Source: a candidate division TA06 bacterium (GTDB lineage Bacteria > Edwardsbacteria > AC1 > EtOH8). From it: a stretch of DNA of 64,000 bases. A model generated the notes under the pieces. The model was not told where the DNA came from. It did no database searches and saw nothing but the letters and a program-made list of their open reading frames with translations. The position numbers and the translations under genes were made by a program. This document shows, piece after piece, positions 30,891 through 39,249 of the stretch. Position 1 is the stretch's first letter; each line of letters opens with the position of its first letter. Where the stretch lies: the NCBI GenBank assembly GCA_016235665.1, contig JACRJI010000012.1, forward strand, positions 218,543 to 282,542, written 5' to 3'.

Positions 30891-32108
30891 ATGGCACTTC
30901 ACATCAAGGTAAAGGAATTTTACCGCAAGGAACTGGTGGAGCTGCAGGACGCCGATCTCTTCAAGGAGGAGCGCTATATCCACACGCCGCAGGCGGCCAG
31001 CATCAAGGTAGAGTACCCGCCCAACTCGCCCCATAAGGAGGTCATCAATTTCTGCGCCAACAACTATCTGGGCCTCTCCAGCCACCCGGCCATCGTGGCC
31101 GCGGCCAAGCAAGGCCTGGAGGAACGGGGCTTCGGGCTGTCCTCGGTCAGGTTCATCTGCGGCACCCAGGACAAGCACAAGGAACTGGAACGGAAGATCT
31201 CCAAATTTTTGGGCATGGAGGACGCCATCCTGTATTCCTCCTGCTTTGACGCCAACCTGGGCGTGTTCGAGGCTCTTTTAGGCGAGGAGGACGCCCTGAT
31301 CTCGGACGAGCTGAACCACGCCTCCATCATCGACGGCATCCGGCTGTGCAAGGCCGAGCGGCGCCGCTTCAAGCACATGGACATGCACGACCTGGAAAAC
31401 CATTTAAAGCAGACCATGAACAAGCGCTTCCGGATGATCGTCACCGACGGGGTCTTTTCCATGGACGGCGACCTGGCACCTTTAGAACAGATCTGCAACC
31501 TGGCCGAGGAGTACGAGGCCATGGTGCTGGTGGACGAGAGCCATGCCAGTGGGTTCGTGGGTCCCACCGGCCGCGGCACCCACGAGCATTTCGACGTGAT
31601 GGGCCGGGTGGACATCATCACCACTACCTTCGGCAAGGCTTTGGGCGGGGCCTCGGGCGGCTGCGTCAGCTCCAGCAAGGAGATCATCGATCTTTTAAGA
31701 CAGCGCTCCCGGCCCTACCTGTTCTCCAACACCATCAGCCCCTCAGTAGTGGCCGCCACCATCAAGGCTATTGAGATGATGCAGGGCTCCACCGCCCTGC
31801 GCGATAAGGTGATGGAGAACGCCAAATACTTCCGGCAGAAGATGGCGGAGGCCGGCTTTGCAATCCGGGAGGGGATTCACCCCATAGTGCCCATCATTTT
31901 GCACGAGGCGGAGATCGTCCAGCAGATGTCCCGGATGCTATACGACGAGGGCATCTACGTGATAGGGTTCTTCTACCCGGTGGTGCCGCGGGGCCGGGCC
32001 AGGATCCGGGTGCAGATCTCGGCGGCGCACGAGCGGGAGCATTTAGACAAGGCCATCGCGGCTTTTACCAAGGTGGGGAAGAAACTGGGGGTACTGAAAC
32101 CTAATTAA
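30891..32108 (+). CDS. kbl: Glycine C-acetyltransferase paralog 2, canonical motifs
   Basis: NFCANNYLGLS, SVRFICGTQ, YSSCFDAN, LNHASIIDG, TFGKALGGA and ARIRVQIS motifs. Confidence 0.93.
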   Translation: MALHIKVKEFYRKELVELQDADLFKEERYIHTPQAASIKVEYPPNSPHKEVINFCANNYLGLSSHPAIVAAAKQGLEERGFGLSSVRFICGTQDKHKELERKISKFLGMEDAILYSSCFDANLGVFEALLGEEDALISDELNHASIIDGIRLCKAERRRFKHMDMHDLENHLKQTMNKRFRMIVTDGVFSMDGDLAPLEQICNLAEEYEAMVLVDESHASGFVGPTGRGTHEHFDVMGRVDIITTTFGKALGGASGGCVSSSKEIIDLLRQRSRPYLFSNTISPSVVAATIKAIEMMQGSTALRDKVMENAKYFRQKMAEAGFAIREGIHPIVPIILHEAEIVQQMSRMLYDEGIYVIGFFYPVVPRGRARIRVQISAAHEREHLDKAIAAFTKVGKKLGVLKPN

Positions 32109-32210
32109 CCACAAAAGGCACAAAAGACACAAAAAATAGTGAATGGTAAATCGTAAATTGTGATCTGTGTCTTGGTGGCACTTCGACAAGCTCAGTGCAC
32201 CGCTTAGTGG
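32107..32210. repeat. Composite CCACAAAAG element with heptamer run and CTTCGACAAGCTCAG motif
   Basis: AACCACAAAAGGCACAAAAGACACAAAA; TAGTGAA TGGTAAA TCGTAAA TTGTGAT; TGTGTCTTGGTGGC-ACTTCGACAAGCTCAGTGCAC-...TTAGTGGC. Confidence 0.65.
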
Positions 32211-32223
32211 CGAAAGGTAAACT

Positions 32224-33216
32224 ATGATCTTCAAAAAGTCTTATTCCTTCATCATCTTGCCGCACCACGGCGAGCAGGGAAAATCCGTGTTCTTCCACTC
32301 GCAGTGGTTGAACGCCATCCTGCTCATCACCGTGGCGGGGCTGGGTGTTTCCGTCTTTTTCATCGCCCGGCATCTGCTTTATCACCACAAGCTCAAGACG
32401 GCCTTCGAGCCCACCTTCAAGGAGAACGAGGTCCTTAGGGAGGAGCGCAAGGGCTACGGCCAGGTAAAGGATTCCCTGTCCCACGACATCTCCACGCTGC
32501 AGGCCCAGCTTAAAAAGGAGCGCTCGGTCTACCTGTCCTCGGTCAACGGTCTGGCCCGGGAACTGGACAACCTTAAAAAACTGGCCATCAAGGTCAAGAT
32601 CCAATCCGGTTTCAAGTCCTCCAACATTGTGGACGAGAACGAGGCGGCCGGCGGCCCGGCCGGCGAGAGGACGTACATCGGCTGGCAAGACGTCAACCAG
32701 CCGATAGATCCCGGCCCGCTGGAACAAAAAGTCCGACCGGGGATAGGGGAACAGAGCGTAGAACTCAAGGCGATCGACGCCTACCTTTCCACCAAGGAAT
32801 CCCTGGTCTCAGACACCCCGGAACTGGCCCCGCTGTTCGGCCGGATGACCTCCAACTTCGGGGTCAGGCGCTGGCGGCGCAGCGGCCACACCGAGAACCA
32901 TGCCGGGCTGGATATTGCAGTTCCCAAAGGTACGCCGGTCTATTCCCCGGCCGAGGCGGTGGTGATCTATGCCGGCCGCAAGGGGGATTACGGTAACCTG
33001 ATAGAGTTGGACCACGGGAACGGCTATACAACTCGTTTTGGTCATCTCTCTTTGATAGAAGTGGAAATAGGGGACAGGGTGATCAAGGGGCAGATCATCG
33101 GGGCGGTGGGCTCCACCGGCCGGTCAACCGGTCCTCATCTTCATTACGAGGTCAGGTTTCAGGGGAAGGCCATAGATCCGATAGGCTATTTAGGGTCGGT
33201 AGGACAAAAGCAATAA
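32224..33216 (+). CDS. M23 family metallopeptidase with N-terminal TM and coiled coil
   Basis: HAGLD and HLHYE motifs; same architecture as 5749-6672. Confidence 0.93.
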   Translation: MIFKKSYSFIILPHHGEQGKSVFFHSQWLNAILLITVAGLGVSVFFIARHLLYHHKLKTAFEPTFKENEVLREERKGYGQVKDSLSHDISTLQAQLKKERSVYLSSVNGLARELDNLKKLAIKVKIQSGFKSSNIVDENEAAGGPAGERTYIGWQDVNQPIDPGPLEQKVRPGIGEQSVELKAIDAYLSTKESLVSDTPELAPLFGRMTSNFGVRRWRRSGHTENHAGLDIAVPKGTPVYSPAEAVVIYAGRKGDYGNLIELDHGNGYTTRFGHLSLIEVEIGDRVIKGQIIGAVGSTGRSTGPHLHYEVRFQGKAIDPIGYLGSVGQKQ

Positions 33217-33232
33217 AACTCTAATTTCCTGC

Positions 33233-33261
33233 TTGACTTTAAGAGCATAATTTGTTATAGT
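33233..33261 (+). promoter_or_regulatory. sigma70 promoter upstream of tRNA-Val
   Basis: TTGACT (33233-33238), 17 bp, TG-extended TATAGT (33256-33261). Confidence 0.7.
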
Positions 33262-33457
33262 TTAAACTGATAGACTGTCCAGTACATCAAAAACACCCAT
33301 TTACCGAAAATCGGAACTACCACAAGATTCGTGTTTATAAAAGTTGCTTAAGAGACCCATATAGTCATTTGTAACGCATTCATAACATTGGCATTGGGCG
33401 TTCTTCGCTGGCACAACAAGATGACAAATTCAGGATTAGGGTGAAATATTATTCTAC

Positions 33458-33534
33458 GGGCGATTAGCTCAGTTGGTTAGAGCGTCTGCTTTACACGCAG
33501 AAGGCCGGGGGTTCGAGCCCCTCATTGCCCACCA
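33458..33534 (+). tRNA. tRNA-Val (anticodon TAC), CCA encoded
   Basis: Cloverleaf with acceptor GGGCGAT/ATTGCCC, D-arm GCTC/GAGC, anticodon stem TCTGC/GCAGA around loop TTTACAC, T-loop TTCGAGC and 3' ACCA. Confidence 0.97.
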
Positions 33535-33831
33535 CATTTGTGCAAAAATATTTGCACAATGCAAAGATTGCAGAAAGCCTAAAAATGGTCGGCCCGGAAG
33601 CATTATTATCAATGATAAATTATTTATCAGATATGATCACACTCCTGGTTATATAAATAATTTGATGTAACTATAAAACTAATTCCAGTTACGCCTTCTA
33701 TCGGGCAAATAGGAGCAATGTAATATAAGAGATAAGAAAACAAGGGTTTGCACCTGATATTCTCAATGATCCGCCTAGTTCTTTTCAAAAAGATTATGGT
33801 AAAAGTTTTATCATAATCTAAGCTATGTTTA

Positions 33832-33848
33832 TTGGCATAGATTATGCA
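33832..33848 (+). promoter_or_regulatory. Candidate sigma54 (-24/-12) promoter
   Basis: TTGGCATAGATTATGCA: GG(33834-35)-N10-GC(33846-47), placed so transcription would start just before SD GGAGG (33862) and ATG 33873. Confidence 0.6.
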
Positions 33849-33872
33849 AATATAGTTAAGTGGAGGTTTGAG

Positions 33873-34073
33873 ATGGATATTGCGGAGATTGGCGGAAATG
33901 CGGGATTGGTTTGGAAAGCACTGAATCAAAAAGGTTCCCAAACCGCAACCACACTTAAGAAACTTACCGGACTTGATGACAAGAATTTATGTCTTGCCTT
34001 GGGATGGCTGGCCAGGGAGGGGAAGATAATTTTTCACTCCGAAAAACGCAGCATCATGATAGTTCTCAAATAG
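33873..34073 (+). CDS. Small winged-helix protein (DUF2582-like)
   Basis: 66 aa; IGGNAGLVWKAL...LALGWLAREGKI signature; GGAGG SD. Confidence 0.85.
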   Translation: MDIAEIGGNAGLVWKALNQKGSQTATTLKKLTGLDDKNLCLALGWLAREGKIIFHSEKRSIMIVLK

Positions 34074-34085
34074 GCCTTGGATCAT

Positions 34086-34143
34086 TCCCGCCATCCTGAT
34101 CAATGTACTTTAATACATTGGGCAACACTAAGGCGGGATTTTT
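34086..34143 (+). promoter_or_regulatory. Nested inverted repeats (operator-like core inside a terminator-like stem)
   Basis: CAATGTA-N6-TACATTG (34101-34120) inside TCCCGCC/GGCGGGA (34086-34138), followed by TTTTT. Confidence 0.5.
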
Positions 34144-34260
34144 GTCTAAAAATGGAAAATGCAGGTTGGCTGCAAACTTTAGAAAAATATTTTTCCGGAA
34201 GCCGGTCAATATAAAAACTATCCCAGGCCATTATTAAAACCATATAAAGCGCGGGTAATC

Positions 34261-34779
34261 ATGAAGAGAAATATTTTTATCATTGTATTTATCCTGATGT
34301 GTCGCGGAGTTTCCCCGGCCCAGGTGAATTCTTCGCTGACGATAGATTTTAAAAACCCGGCTCTGATGAGCATGGAAATAGACCGGGCGCAGATATCGGT
34401 TCAGCTTACCAAAAACTTTGCTTCGGGACCGGTGGCATTGAGCAGTCCGGTGTTGGTCACCATAAAAAGCAATGTGCAGTGGGCGTTGACCGCTACTGCC
34501 AACACCGATTTCCTATGCATTGATAATGCCTTGAATACCATTCCCTGCAGCCAGCTGGAATTCAAGTCGCGGCTAAGCGGCAGTACCGAGAATGTCCGGG
34601 AACAGCAGGAAGAATACCTGAGTTTTGCCAAGGGCCAGGCCATGACCATCGCCCGGGGCGATGCCACGCCCAATGAGGGGCTGCATATCCTGGTGGAATA
34701 CCGGCTGGTGACCAATCTTAAAAATCCGGCCGGGAATTACAGCCTGCCGCTGATATTCTCCTTGAGCCCATCCCAATAG
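34261..34779 (+). CDS. Putative minor pilin-like secreted Ig-fold subunit
   Basis: Signal peptide; VTIKSNVQW and C-terminal PAGNYSLPLIFSL, typical of chaperone-usher/SCPU/WxL-like subunits. Confidence 0.6.
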   Translation: MKRNIFIIVFILMCRGVSPAQVNSSLTIDFKNPALMSMEIDRAQISVQLTKNFASGPVALSSPVLVTIKSNVQWALTATANTDFLCIDNALNTIPCSQLEFKSRLSGSTENVREQQEEYLSFAKGQAMTIARGDATPNEGLHILVEYRLVTNLKNPAGNYSLPLIFSLSPSQ

Positions 34780-34781
34780 TA

Positions 34782-37706
34782 ATGATGATCGTTCGGTTAT
34801 ACATAATGCTGATGCTGTCGGCTGGCATTTTAGCTCCGCTGACAGGCTGGGCTGTTCCCTTAACCGGCCAGTGGTCCGCCGGCATGTCCGGCAGAAAGGG
34901 CAGCGGGGGCCCCGACGCCTACGGCTACAGCTACATCGACAATAATCCGGTGCAGGCCGGCAGCCCCGCCTATGCTTGGATCGACACCACCGGGGCGGGC
35001 TGGACCACGGTTACCGGTCTGGGCGACGACAATTTTTCGGGGCCGTTCAGCATAGGCTTCACTTCTCCATTCCCATATTACTGGAATAACGCCACTCAGT
35101 TTTGGGTGCATGCCAACGGCGGCATCTCCCTGTCCCAGCCGTTAAGGGGCTGGACGCCTTACGTAACCGGAGAGAACGGCTTTCCCAACCTGGCCAAGCC
35201 CCAGGACCTGGTGGGCGGGTTGGGCATTGATCTTGATTTTACCAACGCCGGAAAATGCAAATACCGCTCCCGCAACGATTCACTGGTGGTAAGCTGGAAC
35301 GGGGTGCGGGGCTGGAACACCACGGCCTGGTACAATTTCCAGATACTGCTGACCAGGGCCGACAGCTCCATCAAACTGCAATACAACCGCATCGACCCGG
35401 CCTTTCCCTCGGCCAATGCCAGCATCGGCATAGAAAACAACAACGGCACGGTGGGGCTAAGTTACTATGACAATGGCGCTCCGGCTGACAATCTTCCGGC
35501 GGCGGGGCGGGCGGTCAGAATCTATCCGCCGGCCAGTTCTTCATACACTTCCATCGATGCCGGCGTGGCCTGGGCGCTTAATTCTCAAAGCGGGGCGGTG
35601 GTGGTGCATACGCTGGATATGTTCCAGCCCCAGGCGTCAGTGGCAAATTTCGGGACCGGACCGGCGGTCATTCCCAGAACCATCTGCCGGATAAGGAACG
35701 CGGCCGGAACGGTGGTCTACGCCGATACCATCCTGAACATAGCTTTGGCAAAGGGCCAGCAACAAGACACGGCCTTCGTCAAAATCTTCAACCCCACAAC
35801 GGCTGGAACCTATACCCTGGTGGTGCGGACCGAAGGCCTGGCCGAAAGCCCGGCCAACCCGGCCAACGATTCTGTCACCGTGGAACTGCCGGTGGTGGCT
35901 TACCAGTCGTGGCTGCGCTACGACGACAACACTGCCGAAACTTTTTGGGCCTGGAGCGGAGCCAGCGCCACCGCCCTCAAGGGCTTCGCCAACTATTTCG
36001 AGCTGAGCCGCTATCCGGTGATGCTGGACAGCGCCCAGGTCTACATCAATTACCGCAACAAGGACAACCTCTACATCCAGATCTACGATGCCACCGGACC
36101 CGGGGGAAGCCCTGGGGCCCTGCTGGCCACCGACACCTTGAAGCTCTCCGGCAATAACCAGTACCGGTGGATGTCGGTTTCCTACACCACCCGCAACGTG
36201 ACAGTGCCCACCGGGAAATTTTTCGTCTGCGCCAGGACTCCAAACCCCACAGTGCGCTTCGGTATGGATCAGGCCGCACCCGTTTCCCGCCGGAGCTGGG
36301 AGTTCACCGGCAGTTGGACGCCCTACCGGGGGCTGGAGGGCCAGGAAGTGATGATCCGGGCCAATGTTCACAAACCAAACAACTCAGCAATCTACGTTGA
36401 CGCAGCTTTCGGCAGTGATCTTAACCCCGGCACCAGCGCATTGCCATTGAAGACCATGACCCACGCAGTGGAGGTGATCAGCAGCACCGATACCTGCTAT
36501 GCCCGCAGCGGCAGTTACACCGGACGGCTGACATTCACCCCGCGGCATTCCGGCACCGCCGCCAACCGGACTGTGATCACCGCCCAAGCCGGGCATACTC
36601 CCCTGCTTTACGCCGGCGGGGCGGACGGCTCCGTCATCGACAGCGCAGCTTCCTACATTACCTTCAGCGGATTCACGGTTTATCCCGGCAGCGTGGTCTC
36701 GGCCTATTTTCAGGATGCCAATAACGTGCTTTTCACGAAAAACCGGGTTTACGTTCCCACCATGGGCTACGGCCTTTTGGCGGTGGGCTTGACCGCATCT
36801 CAGATCAAGGGCAACACCGTGGGGCCCTCCGCCGACAACATCAATCCAGCCGAAGGAGTCTATCTATGGGGAACGGACCAGGTCAGGATCGACAGCAACC
36901 GTATCTCGGGGATGATCGATGCCGGCATAGTGTTGGACTCGGACACCCGCACCACGGTCAGCCGCAACCTTTCTGATCACTGCTTTTTTGGGATAGACCT
37001 GTGGGGCAGCAGCGGCGACTCGCTCTACAACAACACCTTTGACGGCAACCTTAATTCCGGCATCCATGTTCAGGGCATCAGCGGGACGTTGGTCATCCGC
37101 AATACCAACAGTACCAACAATATTTATGGCATCTGCTGGGACAGCTCCGGGTCGGTTTCCAGCGACTACAATAATATCTGGAACAACACCTACAACTACA
37201 AAAACCCGCAAGCTCCGGGAGACACCAACGTTGTCCCGGCCGGCGTTCACGACATCTCGGCCGACCCCCAGTATACTGCCGCTTATCACCTGCTGTCCGC
37301 CAGCCCCTGCCGCAACGCCGGGATCCCGGTGGGCCTGCCCTACCTGGGAACCGCTCCCGACATTGGCGCCTACGAGGACTGGGCCAAACTCATGGACGCT
37401 GACGGAGCATACCCCGGAGGCTTGAGCCCGCAATTCGGCTTAAAGCAGAACCGGCCCAATCCGTTCGTCCGGGCCACCACCATCACCTATCAACTGCCGG
37501 CCGCGGGGGCGGTGAGCCTCAGGGTCTACAACATCACCGGACAGCTGGTGAGGAGCCTGGTAAGTGAAGTTCAGAATCCCGGGGAGCACAGCGTAAACTG
37601 GGACGGGAGGGACGCCGGCGGACGGACGGTAAGCGCGGGCGTCTACCATTACCGGCTGGTAAGCGGCGGCCAGACGCAGACGCGGTCGCTGCTGTACATC
37701 AAGTGA
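34782..37706 (+). CDS. Large secreted adhesin-like protein: beta-sandwich domains, right-handed beta-helix, C-terminal FlgD-Ig domain
   Basis: Signal peptide; GGPDAYGYSYID; YVDAAFGSDLNPG...PLKTM beta-helix cap with Asn-rich coils; QNRPNPF...GQLVRSL...WDGRD...GVYHYRL. Confidence 0.75.
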   Translation: MMIVRLYIMLMLSAGILAPLTGWAVPLTGQWSAGMSGRKGSGGPDAYGYSYIDNNPVQAGSPAYAWIDTTGAGWTTVTGLGDDNFSGPFSIGFTSPFPYYWNNATQFWVHANGGISLSQPLRGWTPYVTGENGFPNLAKPQDLVGGLGIDLDFTNAGKCKYRSRNDSLVVSWNGVRGWNTTAWYNFQILLTRADSSIKLQYNRIDPAFPSANASIGIENNNGTVGLSYYDNGAPADNLPAAGRAVRIYPPASSSYTSIDAGVAWALNSQSGAVVVHTLDMFQPQASVANFGTGPAVIPRTICRIRNAAGTVVYADTILNIALAKGQQQDTAFVKIFNPTTAGTYTLVVRTEGLAESPANPANDSVTVELPVVAYQSWLRYDDNTAETFWAWSGASATALKGFANYFELSRYPVMLDSAQVYINYRNKDNLYIQIYDATGPGGSPGALLATDTLKLSGNNQYRWMSVSYTTRNVTVPTGKFFVCARTPNPTVRFGMDQAAPVSRRSWEFTGSWTPYRGLEGQEVMIRANVHKPNNSAIYVDAAFGSDLNPGTSALPLKTMTHAVEVISSTDTCYARSGSYTGRLTFTPRHSGTAANRTVITAQAGHTPLLYAGGADGSVIDSAASYITFSGFTVYPGSVVSAYFQDANNVLFTKNRVYVPTMGYGLLAVGLTASQIKGNTVGPSADNINPAEGVYLWGTDQVRIDSNRISGMIDAGIVLDSDTRTTVSRNLSDHCFFGIDLWGSSGDSLYNNTFDGNLNSGIHVQGISGTLVIRNTNSTNNIYGICWDSSGSVSSDYNNIWNNTYNYKNPQAPGDTNVVPAGVHDISADPQYTAAYHLLSASPCRNAGIPVGLPYLGTAPDIGAYEDWAKLMDADGAYPGGLSPQFGLKQNRPNPFVRATTITYQLPAAGAVSLRVYNITGQLVRSLVSEVQNPGEHSVNWDGRDAGGRTVSAGVYHYRLVSGGQTQTRSLLYIK

Positions 37707-37793
37707 TCCAAAACTTGTTATTTAGGGAACAACATAAACATTAATTAATAACCAAAAAGAAAGGAAACGCATCTTTGGGAAAAGCATTCCTTA

Positions 37794-37811
37794 TCAGCAA
37801 GGCCTTGCTGA
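37794..37811. promoter_or_regulatory. Perfect 18-bp palindrome upstream of major pilin 1
   Basis: TCAGCAAGG-CCTTGCTGA. Confidence 0.5.
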
Positions 37812-37853
37812 AGGCAACTAAAAAAACAATAGAATAGAAAGGAAACTAAAACC

Positions 37854-38372
37854 ATGAGGAAATCATTACTGATCATAGCGGCGTTGATGCTGGCAACCAG
37901 CATGGTATGGGCCGATGCGATCACCGGACCTTCACCGGTATCCCACAACGTTACGGTAACCGTGATAGTTCCGGGACGGCTGGGTATCAACATTCCAGCT
38001 ATCGAGCATAACTGGACGCTTGACCTGGCATTAGATCCGACCTATCCGCCGGCCGCCCTGACCCCGTACCTGATCACCAACAATGCGACCGTGCAGATCA
38101 TCTCCAACAATGCCTACACTTACGGCTACACCGCTTCCATGACAACGACATTGACCAATCTGACAGTGGGCGACTTCCAGTATGACGCCACCGGCTGGAT
38201 CCCTGGCTGGGTAGGCTGGCAGAACTTCGGCGCGGCCGGCACCTTTGAGACCAGTCTGGCTGCGACCGCTGGCTGGGTCAACCGCAACATGATGTACCGG
38301 GTCAACCTTGACGGCACCGAGGCCGTGGGCACTGGCGTAATGACCCTGGTGCACACCATTACCCAGCCATAA
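37854..38372 (+). CDS. Putative major pilin subunit, copy 1
   Basis: Signal peptide (VWA-DA); N-terminal alternating HNVTVTVIV donor-strand-like segment; all-beta; strong SD AAAGGA. Confidence 0.65.
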   Translation: MRKSLLIIAALMLATSMVWADAITGPSPVSHNVTVTVIVPGRLGINIPAIEHNWTLDLALDPTYPPAALTPYLITNNATVQIISNNAYTYGYTASMTTTLTNLTVGDFQYDATGWIPGWVGWQNFGAAGTFETSLAATAGWVNRNMMYRVNLDGTEAVGTGVMTLVHTITQP

Positions 38373-38708
38373 TTATCACTACAGGCAAATGACAATTGGG
38401 GGGGCGCCATCTAAAAAAGCGCATTGGAAATTCTCATCCCGGCCCGGATCGAGGAATCGGGCCGGGGTGATGGGCTTTATGGTGGCGTTCCCCTCAGTGC
38501 ATGATAATTGATGCAGAGCACGTTGATCAGAGAGAACCAACGGGACAGCACCGGGTGACCTGGGATGGGCGGGATGCCCAAGGCTTGCCGGTCAGACCCG
38601 GCACTTGTTATTTTCGCATGCAGGTTTGAAATCAGCAACAGATGCGGTGGCTGCTGTTTAATCTATAGCGGCACAAGTTAAACTTTAAACTGAAAAAGGT
38701 AGCAGGAA

Positions 38709-39227
38709 ATGAAGAAACTACTAATTCTTCTTGCCATGTTGGCAGCAGCCACCGGCACGGTATGGGCCGATGCAGTCACTGGCACGTCGCCGGTATCCCA
38801 CAATGTAACCTTCACCGTGATCATCCCGGGGCGGCTGGGCATCAACATTCCTGCGGTCGAACATAATTGGACGCTTGACCTGTCACTTAATCCGTTATAC
38901 CCGCCGGCTGTGACCACCCCTTTTGTGATCACGAACAACGCAACCGTGCAGATCCTATCCAACAATCCGTACACTTATGGCTACACGGCCTCCATGACCA
39001 CCTCCCTGGCCAATCTGACCGTGAGCGATTTCCAGTATGATGCCACAGGCTGGATCCCCGGTTGGGCCGGCTGGCAGAGCTTCGGGGCGGGCGGCACATT
39101 CCAGACCGGGCTGACAGCAACGGCAGGCTGGGAGAACCGCAACATGATGTACCGGGTGAATCTTGACGGCACCGAAGATATCGGCACTGGAGTAATGACC
39201 CTGGTCCACATTATTACCCAACCGTAA
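38709..39227 (+). CDS. Putative major pilin subunit, copy 2
   Basis: Same length as copy 1; 27 differences over 152 mature residues by my count (about 82% identical). Confidence 0.65.
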   Translation: MKKLLILLAMLAAATGTVWADAVTGTSPVSHNVTFTVIIPGRLGINIPAVEHNWTLDLSLNPLYPPAVTTPFVITNNATVQILSNNPYTYGYTASMTTSLANLTVSDFQYDATGWIPGWAGWQSFGAGGTFQTGLTATAGWENRNMMYRVNLDGTEDIGTGVMTLVHIITQP

Positions 39228-39249
39228 TTACAACTATAGGTACAGGTAT

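Noticed and set aside
33627-33941. 104-aa minus-strand ORF in the AT-rich patch
   Set aside because: No SD or recognisable domain, and it overlaps the better-supported wHTH gene and its promoter.
38520-38640. c-di-GMP riboswitch upstream of pilin 2
   Set aside because: Only a GGCACTTG fragment resembles class II; the GNRA/receptor and pseudoknot elements of either class could not be identified.
37854-39227. Pilin pair as a diversity-generating retroelement template/variable repeat
   Set aside because: Both copies are intact genes, differences affect all base types including synonymous sites, and no reverse transcriptase is present.
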